Source: a virus
Taxonomy: Duplodnaviria > Caudoviricetes
IMG/VR virus record: IMGVR_UViG_3300002161_000033
Location: 1-24,085 of that record
Length of the DNA: 24,085 bases
Strand: one strand, 5' to 3'
Both the position numbers and the translations under genes were made by a program. Shown piece by piece: positions 18,365 to 24,085 of this stretch. The notes beneath the pieces are model-generated. The model saw nothing but the letters and a program-made list of their open reading frames with translations, ran no database searches and was not told where the DNA came from. Positions within the stretch are counted from its first letter, which is position 1. Each line of letters opens with the position of its first letter.

Positions 18365-18435
18365 GGAGTCGTCCCAGTTTCGCACCGGGTGTCATTCCCT
18401 TGTCGGGCTGCGTGTCCTACCACACCGCCGACTCC
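18361..18435 (-). ncRNA. tRNA-like RNA (75 nt, ACCA end, non-canonical anticodon arm)
   Basis: GGAGTCG/CGACTCC 7-bp acceptor stem followed by ACCA; D-like arm GTGT(GGTAGG)ACAC; T-like arm CCCGG(TGCGAAA)CTGGG; middle arm only CCC(GACAA)GGG. Confidence 0.55.
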
Positions 18436-18437
18436 AT

Positions 18438-18540
18438 ACCTCGTCTTTCCGAGGTGCCAGTCATATCAGCCGGGGGAGACGTGCCATGCACTGCCGGCCT
18501 ATAACCGCCGCTGTTGCCCACCTGCGGCTGGGGTGATTGC
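18438..18540 (-). ncRNA. Candidate multi-stem RNA ending in an ACCTCG(GAAAGA)CGAGGT hairpin
   Basis: Stems GCCGC/GCGGC and GGCCGG/CCGGCT (enclosing GTGC/GCAC), an imperfect closing stem CAATCA/TGACTG, then a perfect 6-bp hairpin. Confidence 0.4.
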
Positions 18541-18544
18541 AGTA

Positions 18545-19201
18545 CTACCTATGTTCACATGCCTCGATTGTCAGCGGACAGAATCGACACAGAGGGGAGG
18601 GCGTAGCTCCCCAAGCACCATGCTCTACCGCTGACTGAATCATACTAGCGCGTCCGGCCCACTTTGACCAGATGTTCGGGAGGTCTGCGCGATAAAATTC
18701 AGACAGCACCACCTTCTGCGCCACCACGAAGATCAGAATGCCCGATACGCGCTGCACTTCCGGGTAGTGGGACATCACCATCGCAGCCATCAGCTCGAGC
18801 TGGTCGGGGTCGGCAAAGCGCGCAGACTTCCCGGTCTTGTAGTCGGCTACCCGGGCTCGGGTTTTGTTGACCGCCAAGAAGTCGGGCACGCCTCGGAACC
18901 ATACATCCTTGTCGAAAAAGTCACACGGCGTGAAGTCTGCACGCACAGCCAAACGATGCTCGCACAGTACACTACCTCGTACCTTCTTGAGCGGTGCGAT
19001 GAACACCTCAAACATCTTGAACTGCGCCGGGAGGGGCTTGTCGTCCCGGATATATTCTTCAAACGCTTTATGCACAGCGGTGCCGTATAACGTTGCTTCT
19101 GTTTCTTGAGACCTGAACTTCTTGAGGATGCGAACTTCGTGATAACGCCGAGCACACCCCTCAAAATCTTTGATTGCAGAGTACGAGTGCGCGAGTGCCA
19201 T
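18545..19201 (-). CDS. PD-(D/E)XK exonuclease, Cas4/RecB-like
   Basis: 218 aa with an AAGGA SD; SYSAIKDFEGC, GTAVH, PDFL...VADYKTGK and a C-terminal CRFCP...C cysteine cluster. Confidence 0.88.
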   Translation of the reverse strand: MALAHSYSAIKDFEGCARRYHEVRILKKFRSQETEATLYGTAVHKAFEEYIRDDKPLPAQFKMFEVFIAPLKKVRGSVLCEHRLAVRADFTPCDFFDKDVWFRGVPDFLAVNKTRARVADYKTGKSARFADPDQLELMAAMVMSHYPEVQRVSGILIFVVAQKVVLSEFYRADLPNIWSKWAGRASMIQSAVEHGAWGATPSPLCRFCPLTIEACEHR

Positions 19202-19232
19202 GTGGGTTCCTTAGTATGGAACCCAGTTTACC

Positions 19233-20183
19233 CTAACAATCACCGTACGAGTCGCCGTATCCAGCCTCGCATGCGAGCGGCAATCCAACCGCCCATTTGG
19301 GGTTCCACGACATGCACTCGACGACATACGCCATCGCGGTTTCTGCCTCGTCTTTAGGTGCGATACAGATCACCGAGTCGTGTACAGTTAACACCACGGG
19401 ATAACGCTTGCGGATGCGCAGCAGCTGTTCGGCCACCACGCAGCGAGCGATAGCCTGCGTAAAATTCTCGACGCAAAGGCCGCCGTATACGCGGGTGGGC
19501 AGGCCCTTGGTGGTGTAGCGCCATTCGGGCTTCTTGTCGTCGTTGTATTCCCGACGCAGGCCGGGGTACTGGATGTGCAGGCCGCTGGGTAGGGTAAGCC
19601 CCTTGCCGGGCTCGACACGCACCAGACCGGGCACATCGACCACCATAGACTGACCGTTGTGCAGGGCTTGGATGGCTTGGTTGGCTTTGTCCCAGAGATA
19701 CGGGATGCAGCTGTAGGTGTTGCGGTATGCGTTGATGATGCGCTTGGCTTCTGACTCCGGCACGTTGACATTTGCCATCGACTTGAGAAACGCCTTGAGC
19801 TTGCCGTGCCCTACCCCGTAGCCTGCACCGAGCACTACCACCTTGCCGACCTGTCGCTGAGTTTTGTCGATCTGGTCGGGGGCTATGCCGTAGATGTGGC
19901 TGGCCATAATCTTGTATACGTCCTGCTTGTCACGGAAGGCTTGCACGAGGTCATGCTGACCAGCCAGCCACGCCAAACACCGGGCCTCGATTTGGGCGGA
20001 GTCGCAGTCGATCACAACGTGGCCGGGTGGGGCCTTGATCGCGCGCTTGAGTGCCTTGGCATACGGGCCACGAGACGGCAGGTTTTGAAGGTTTACTTGG
20101 TCCGAGTTATGCACGAGCTTGCCATTAGCCACAAACCGATGACGCGGGCCGCAGTTAAGGATGTCATACACTGGTACGAGCAT
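19233..20183 (-). CDS. polA: DNA polymerase family A, C-terminal fragment, preceded by the split-intein C-half
   Basis: 316 aa. A 26-aa IntC is followed by SDQVNLQNLP, motif A (DCDSAQIEAR), motif B (RQVGKVVVLGAGYG) and motif C (LTVHDS). Confidence 0.92.
   Translation of the reverse strand: MLVPVYDILNCGPRHRFVANGKLVHNSDQVNLQNLPSRGPYAKALKRAIKAPPGHVVIDCDSAQIEARCLAWLAGQHDLVQAFRDKQDVYKIMASHIYGIAPDQIDKTQRQVGKVVVLGAGYGVGHGKLKAFLKSMANVNVPESEAKRIINAYRNTYSCIPYLWDKANQAIQALHNGQSMVVDVPGLVRVEPGKGLTLPSGLHIQYPGLRREYNDDKKPEWRYTTKGLPTRVYGGLCVENFTQAIARCVVAEQLLRIRKRYPVVLTVHDSVICIAPKDEAETAMAYVVECMSWNPKWAVGLPLACEAGYGDSYGDC
20106..20183 (-). mobile_element. Split intein C-fragment (IntC, 26 aa)
   Basis: MLVPVYDILNCGPRHRFVANGKLVHN then Ser: block F VYDI, block G His-Asn and a +1 Ser nucleophile (20105-20103). 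Confidence 0.92.
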
Positions 20184-20841
20184 ACTTTTCTCTCTGAATT
20201 ATTTGTTCGTCAGTTGCGCCTTGTTTGATCCAGGCCCGCAATGTTTCATACGTCAGATCAGGGCGCAAGGTATGTAGGGCCCGAATGCGCTCGCCGTTGG
20301 CAGTTCGTTTGTATGCCCGCTTATTTCTAGCTTGTTCGGATCGGGTAGCCCAACGAAGATTCCCCGGCTCGTAGTGGCGCATGTTGTCGATGCGATCAAG
20401 ACTATAAGATGCGGACGGACGCGGGCCTAAATTTAATAGAACCCACTCTGCAAACGCACGCATGGTTGGAAACCTAAACTCGATACCGCGACCGCCGTAA
20501 TTTGCATAATGCGCGCAATTAGGATTGGTGCACCGCTGCTTAGCTCCGACTCCTAGCCTACGCACAATAGCTACCGCATCCCCAAACTTGAGCCGCAATG
20601 GGTCGGCTTTAGCTTTGGCCCCGACTGCAACCGCAGCGGCGTAAGACGCTACTTTTGCCATAGCTATTCTCTTGTCTTGCGGCAACCGTTGCATTTTTAA
20701 GCGTGCGGCGCATGACCTACAGCAATTACTTTTTCCGGCTAATACCTCTCGCACGCGCACCTCGCGTTCGACGCCGCAGCGGCATCGGCACAGCAGCTTG
20801 TGCTTAGTCGAGATGTGCAGATCGCCTAGCGGCGTCCACAT
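20164..20841 (-). CDS. Free-standing HNH-type putative homing endonuclease between the intein halves
   Basis: CRCRCG...CCRSC Zn-type motif, KQRCTNPN..HYANYGGRGI, SLDRIDNMRHYEPGNLRWATRSEQARNKR and a C-terminal HTH-like segment. The frame is open from ATG 20934; ATG 20841 (after GAGGA) is the preferred start, but this is uncertain. Confidence 0.85.
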   Translation of the reverse strand: MWTPLGDLHISTKHKLLCRCRCGVEREVRVREVLAGKSNCCRSCAARLKMQRLPQDKRIAMAKVASYAAAVAVGAKAKADPLRLKFGDAVAIVRRLGVGAKQRCTNPNCAHYANYGGRGIEFRFPTMRAFAEWVLLNLGPRPSASYSLDRIDNMRHYEPGNLRWATRSEQARNKRAYKRTANGERIRALHTLRPDLTYETLRAWIKQGATDEQIIQREKYARTSV

Positions 20842-22138
20842 CGTCCTCGACAGGGCTTCGCGCAACCGTAAGGCGATGGCCGCCCTGCATTGCGTCTCGT
20901 AAGCTAATCTCGCCGACGTCTGTGAATACGACATGTTCTGGGGTTCCTGTTACGCCATCCCACTCGACTACTTCTTGAAAGCCGCTAAACTTCACCCCTT
21001 CATGGGCAACAAAGGCTTCTCCATCCCATACAAGATCATCAAGCAGAACATCGACGATCCGTTTAGTAACCACACCCCGCTGCGAATCATACACTAACAC
21101 CTGAGTATCGGCCACTAAGCAGCCGCTAAACCGGCCCGTGTGTGCGCCGTAGTAGCGCAGCGGCACCGGGAATGTGCCGCGGTCAGCCATCTCGATAAAC
21201 CGTTCCGTGCGGGTCTCCTCCAGCGTGGTCTTGTTGCCGAGGCGCGCAGCGACCAGTGCCTGCACACGTACGTCCGGGTGCTCGGCCAATTCCTTGAACG
21301 CTTCGTCTGTCTTGGCGAACGCATACGCCGGCTTGCCCGTGGCCGGGCTGACCTTGGTGGGCGGCTCGACGTCGAACTGCTCCAGAAGCTTGGCGAACTT
21401 GTCGTTCGACATGAGGAGCTTCTTGACGCCATCCATGCCGTCAGCCAGCAGGGTCTGTGCCGTCTCCGGGTCGGAGTAGTCCCCGATCAGGGTATCGCGT
21501 ACGTCCTCGAGCAGCTTCTGCTTGTGGTCTTTAACCGCAGCGAGGTGGGCTACCAGCAGGTCTTTGTCGAGCATCAACTCGGGGTCGATAAACATGCGCA
21601 GCGTAGCGTCGATCAACCGCAGCTCCTGCTTCGGGAAGCCCATCGACAGGTAGTGCATGAACAGCTTGTGAGTAAGCTCCACGTCGTTGACGCAGTACGC
21701 GCCGTATCGAGCAAGCTCGTCGGCAGAGAAATCCATATAGCGCTTACCCAGCGCGTTGAGCACTTCAGTGCCCTTAACACCGACGCCGAGGCGAGTAGCT
21801 TGAGAAGCTAGGCTGTGGGATTTCTCATGGGGATACAAGGCGCGGGACATACCCAGGGTATCCGCCCAAGCCATCGGGGAAATGCCGTAGTGCCACTTGA
21901 GGATGGCACCGTCGAACGCTGTGTTCTGGCACACCACCATCTTGTCTGACCAGTCTATGCCGGCCAGCGCCGCAACAACTACGGGCTTGGGGTACCACTG
22001 CGTAGGGTTGTCGCCGATTTTGATCGCTACGCCGATTACTTCAAACCGCGGGTCACGTACGTAGGCTTCGGTTGTTATCTTGCTAAGGCTATATTCGCGG
22101 TCGTAGAAAGTTTCTAGGTCAATTACGAGTGGTATCAT
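20804..22138 (-). CDS. polA: DNA polymerase family A, N-terminal fragment (3'-5' exonuclease and thumb) fused to the split-intein N-half
   Basis: 444 aa with Exo I DLETF, Exo II QNTAFD and Exo III YCVNDV. The extein ends YYGAHTGRFSG at residue 339, followed by CLVADT. Confidence 0.92.
   Translation of the reverse strand: MIPLVIDLETFYDREYSLSKITTEAYVRDPRFEVIGVAIKIGDNPTQWYPKPVVVAALAGIDWSDKMVVCQNTAFDGAILKWHYGISPMAWADTLGMSRALYPHEKSHSLASQATRLGVGVKGTEVLNALGKRYMDFSADELARYGAYCVNDVELTHKLFMHYLSMGFPKQELRLIDATLRMFIDPELMLDKDLLVAHLAAVKDHKQKLLEDVRDTLIGDYSDPETAQTLLADGMDGVKKLLMSNDKFAKLLEQFDVEPPTKVSPATGKPAYAFAKTDEAFKELAEHPDVRVQALVAARLGNKTTLEETRTERFIEMADRGTFPVPLRYYGAHTGRFSGCLVADTQVLVYDSQRGVVTKRIVDVLLDDLVWDGEAFVAHEGVKFSGFQEVVEWDGVTGTPEHVVFTDVGEISLRDAMQGGHRLTVARSPVEDDVDAARRSAHLD
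20807..21121 (-). mobile_element. Split intein N-fragment (IntN, 105 aa)
   Basis: Block A CLVADTQVLV, DLVWDG and block B GTPEHVVFT; ends at the stop codon 20804-20806. Confidence 0.92.
22130..22138 (+). promoter_or_regulatory. Possible extended -10 promoter (TGgTATCAT) for the tRNA, overlapping the polA start codon
   Basis: TGn plus TATCAT (5/6 match to TATAAT), ending 23 nt before the tRNA 5' end. Its CAT is the complement of the polA ATG. Confidence 0.35.
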
Positions 22139-22146
22139 GGTCGGGT

Positions 22147-22371
22147 CTAAACGTTAGACTTGCTGGCGTAGCTCAGTTTGGTAGAGCCCTCGATTTGTAA
22201 TCGAGTGGTCGTGGGTTCGATTCCTACCGCCAGCACCACCTTCTGCCGTTGCTTTTCGGAACGCCACTTCTCTCGGTCTTGCACGATCTTGGCTTCCTCA
22301 GCACTCGGCTCCAGGGTCTGTAATTGGCCGGTCAAAATCGCGCCAATTAGATCGCGCGTTTTCGAAGTCAT
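22147..22371 (-). CDS. Small hypothetical protein (74 aa, MTSKTRDLIG...) whose C-terminus is read through the antisense of the tRNA
   Basis: The ATG at 22371 has GGAG 7 nt upstream. The ORF overlaps the VRR-NUC 3' end and stops 8 nt before the polA ATG. Confidence 0.45.
   Translation of the reverse strand: MTSKTRDLIGAILTGQLQTLEPSAEEAKIVQDREKWRSEKQRQKVVLAVGIEPTTTRLQIEGSTKLSYASKSNV
22162..22238 (+). tRNA. tRNA-Thr (anticodon UGU) with encoded CCA
   Basis: GCTGGCG/CGCCAGC acceptor, GCTC/GAGC D-arm, CTCGA(TTTGTAA)TCGAG anticodon arm, GTGGG(TTCGATT)CCTAC T-arm and ACCA end; 77 nt. Confidence 0.96.
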
Positions 22372-22639
22372 CCAGTAGCTCCACGTTGGTCTCGTTGATA
22401 ACGAACGCCAGCCCGCCTGCGGCTTCGATCTTCTCAAGGTTGCGCAGTTGCAACTGCGTGGGCTTACCCTTGCCGGCCTTACACTCGATGCCGACGAAGC
22501 GGCCACGATAGCACGCCAAAATGTCAGGGGTGCCGTTGTTTGCGTAGGCACCCCCGATGTAGTTCACAGCATACGCACCGGCTGTCTTGAGCCGAGCGTG
22601 CACACGTGCTTTAACCTTGGCTTCAGGCGTTGCGGCCAT
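22298..22639 (-). CDS. VRR-NUC family nuclease / putative Holliday junction resolvase
   Basis: 113 aa with TPEAKVK and GTPDILACYRGRFVGIECKAGKGKPTQLQ, a PD-(D/E)XK pattern. Confidence 0.88.
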   Translation of the reverse strand: MAATPEAKVKARVHARLKTAGAYAVNYIGGAYANNGTPDILACYRGRFVGIECKAGKGKPTQLQLRNLEKIEAAGGLAFVINETNVELLDDFENARSNWRDFDRPITDPGAEC

Positions 22640-22997
22640 GTTCCATCTCGATCAGTTTGTCCAAGTAGTGCCGGGCCTTCTCCAAGTCTTTGATGCCATC
22701 CTTGGCACGGAAGCGCATCAGGTACTTCAGCGCGTTGCCGTCGAAGAAACCCATCTTGTTGCGGTCGATCACTTCCCACGGCTGAATCTCCAGCGAGATG
22801 TAGTGCTTGCCGCCAACCTGACGCGTGTCGACCGAAGGCAGGGTGGTGGTCAGGGGGGCTTCCACAGCGGGGGCCTGCATCTTGCTGCGCGCTGCGTAAA
22901 CGGTGACGCGAGAGACCCCGAGCTTTTCAGAAACTTCCGCTACGGTCATGTTCGGTTTGCGCTTCAGAAGGTTTTGAATCTGTTGTGTCTTTGTCAT
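22623..22997 (-). CDS. DUF3310 (SaV-like) protein with an N-terminal HTH
   Basis: 124 aa. MTVAEVSEKLGVSRVTVY is an HTH pattern, followed by QVGGKHY...GNALKYLMR...KDGIKDLEKARHYL. Confidence 0.82.
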   Translation of the reverse strand: MTKTQQIQNLLKRKPNMTVAEVSEKLGVSRVTVYAARSKMQAPAVEAPLTTTLPSVDTRQVGGKHYISLEIQPWEVIDRNKMGFFDGNALKYLMRFRAKDGIKDLEKARHYLDKLIEMEHGRNA

Positions 22998-23079
22998 GCT
23001 TGGTACCTGCTAGAAAATTGAACTCTTTGAGTAGCTTGGTAACGTGCGCTTCGATAGCTGCCAAATCGTCTGGGGTCAT
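22927..23079 (-). CDS. Possible 50-aa hypothetical protein (MTPDDLAAIEAHVTKLLKEF...)
   Basis: The ATG lies 2 nt after the upstream stop, with a GAGG SD. It fills the gap but overlaps the next gene by 71 nt and is below the ORF-track cutoff. Confidence 0.4.
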   Translation of the reverse strand: MTPDDLAAIEAHVTKLLKEFNFLAGTKHDKDTTDSKPSEAQTEHDRSGSF

Positions 23080-23081
23080 GC

Positions 23082-23276
23082 CTAAGCCTCAAATGTTGGA
23101 AGTGGTGCCCAGTGTGTCCAGTAAGGGTCGCTACGCTTGTATATACCGTACGTAGCACAGCCCATGCGCTTGTTGATAAGTTGAACTTTTTGCCCGACAG
23201 GACATTCGGAAATAGGCAGCCAAAAGTAATCCGAGTCGACTGCCGCCGTCCCGTCGGAGCTTCGTTTAACAGTCAT
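23082..23276 (-). CDS. Small phage protein with W.PI..CP...WTHWAPLP pattern (DUF551-like)
   Basis: 64 aa, starting 1 nt after the upstream stop. Confidence 0.7.
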   Translation of the reverse strand: MTVKRSSDGTAAVDSDYFWLPISECPVGQKVQLINKRMGCATYGIYKRSDPYWTHWAPLPTFEA

Positions 23277-23277
23277 G

Positions 23278-23841
23278 CTATCGCTTGAGGAGTTGGTAAA
23301 TCTGTTCAGTGCTGAGGTGGAACGTGTCGATAGGCGAGAAGTTATCGAGATTTACCCGGAAGGTTTTCAAGTCTAAGTTGCGCAGGTCTAGTGTACGTTC
23401 GCCGTTAATCAACGATAGCTCACGAGTAAGTAACTTGGCCTGCTCGGCTTGGTGGTACTCCAAGCCATGCGCGCGTGATAAACACACTAACATAACGCCG
23501 AGAAACACCAACGGCGGCACGACACCCACCGGCCCCAGCAGGGGAGCGAATCCTATCGCCGCTATTGTGGCATAGACGCACAAATGCGCAATAGTTTTGA
23601 GCCGCTTAACCTCTTTGGATGCTCGCGGCACGATCTTGATGTTAAGCCGCGCTGGCGGTGGTGCAGGCCGAGGCGGCTCAGGAGGACTTAGCCTCATCAA
23701 ATGCTCCAGCCGCTGTGCGTCACGACTCGGAATGATTCGATGCGCTTCCAAGTTTTCGGCAAAGGTAACGCGTCTTTCGTGACTTCTTGCCGGGGTAGCA
23801 TCTAACAACCGCACTTGTTCAAAATTCCGTTCGACGCGCAT
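23278..23841 (-). CDS. Hypothetical membrane protein (two hydrophobic helices)
   Basis: 187 aa with a Pro-rich linker followed by IAHLCVYATIAAIGFAPLLGPVGVVPPLVFLGVMLVCL. Confidence 0.65.
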   Translation of the reverse strand: MRVERNFEQVRLLDATPARSHERRVTFAENLEAHRIIPSRDAQRLEHLMRLSPPEPPRPAPPPARLNIKIVPRASKEVKRLKTIAHLCVYATIAAIGFAPLLGPVGVVPPLVFLGVMLVCLSRAHGLEYHQAEQAKLLTRELSLINGERTLDLRNLDLKTFRVNLDNFSPIDTFHLSTEQIYQLLKR

Positions 23842-23844
23842 GGC

Positions 23845-24084
23845 TTATTTCATCCGGTTAGCAATCTTGTGAAGCGCAATAGCCAGCAACAACATGCCCG
23901 CTGCCAACCCACCACCTATCGGCCCTGTGGCTAGAGCCGAGATAGCCAGCGGCACCACAGAGAAGCCCGCCAACACCGACAGCCCCAGCACCCAGCGTTT
24001 AGCTTTGCTTGCGATTACAGGCTCGACTTTTTCCCTGATAATCGGCAGCTCACGAATACGCGGATTGACCGGCTTGTTTGATGA
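23845..24084 (-). CDS. Hypothetical membrane protein, 5'-truncated
   Basis: Open frame from the window edge, ...KRWVLGLSVLAGFSVVPLAISALATGPIGGGLAAGMLLLAIALHKIANRMK*, stopping 3 nt before the next ATG. Confidence 0.6.
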   Translation of the reverse strand, partial: SSNKPVNPRIRELPIIREKVEPVIASKAKRWVLGLSVLAGFSVVPLAISALATGPIGGGLAAGMLLLAIALHKIANRMK

Positions 24085-24085
24085 T

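Noticed and set aside
18361-18435. Calling the element a functional decoding tRNA
   Set aside because: It has no 5-bp anticodon stem with a 7-nt loop, no U8, and a T-loop lacking TTC; kept only as tRNA-like.
18438-18540. HDV-like or hammerhead ribozyme (contains GGCCGGCA and GGGCAACA)
   Set aside because: The segments are in the wrong order for the HDV nested pseudoknot and I found no CUGANGA/GAAA hammerhead core.
18353-18634. 93-aa + strand ORF over the intergenic gap
   Set aside because: It is opposite to the operon, has no recognisable motif and overlaps the exonuclease; the region is better explained by RNA structure.
18545-19201. Cas4 indicating a CRISPR-Cas system
   Set aside because: There is no array or other cas gene; stand-alone Cas4/RecB-like exonucleases are routine in phage replication modules.
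20184-20803. Group I/II intron as the explanation for the interrupted polA
   Set aside because: Both flanks carry complete intein motifs, the endonuclease ORF fills the whole interval and overlaps both halves, and no non-coding ribozyme core is left.
20842-20934. HNH start at ATG 20934 as given in the ORF track
   Set aside because: The extra 31 codons lie wholly within IntN coding sequence, and family-like sequence starts at MWTPLG (20841). Disfavoured but not excluded.
19233-22138. polA as a dead pseudogene disrupted by an insertion
   Set aside because: Both fragments are uninterrupted, retain exonuclease and polymerase catalytic motifs and all splicing residues, and the C-fragment has an ATG right before block F.
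22162-22238. tRNA as a prophage boundary (attL/attR)
   Set aside because: Phage genes continue in the same operon on both sides, and I noticed no duplicate tRNA 3' end or integrase in the window.
1-24085. Alternative genetic code or stop-codon reassignment
   Set aside because: Genes tile densely under the standard code, and TAA, TAG and TGA all end well-supported genes.

Overview
This window is a fragment of a tailed dsDNA bacteriophage genome with podovirus-like gene content; no host-type genes are visible. It has two convergent arms that meet with no gap at 11353/11354. The + arm (1-11353) encodes four Gly/Gln/Ala-rich putative internal virion or ejection proteins and a 2055-aa polyvalent protein (HExxH metallopeptidase, ADP-ribosyltransferase-like and LPD38-like regions). 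The - arm (11354-24085) is a replication module: primase-helicase, HTH protein, SSB-like protein, SNF2 helicase, HNH protein, Cas4/RecB-like exonuclease, family A DNA polymerase, VRR-NUC nuclease, DUF3310 protein and small or membrane proteins. The standout feature is that polA is fractured into two genes carrying the two halves of a naturally split intein (105-aa IntN, 26-aa IntC), with a free-standing HNH-type endonuclease gene between them in a third reading frame. Trans-splicing would rebuild the conserved HTGRFSG/SDQVNLQNLP motif. Other notable items are a tRNA-Thr(UGU) antisense to the operon just upstream of polA, a cluster of structured non-coding elements including a CCA-ending tRNA mimic (18273-18540), a three-way-junction leader before the primase, xSLR motifs at domain borders of the polyvalent protein, and a -1 frameshift at CCCC-TAA. 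All family assignments come from motif recognition by eye; no database searches were run.
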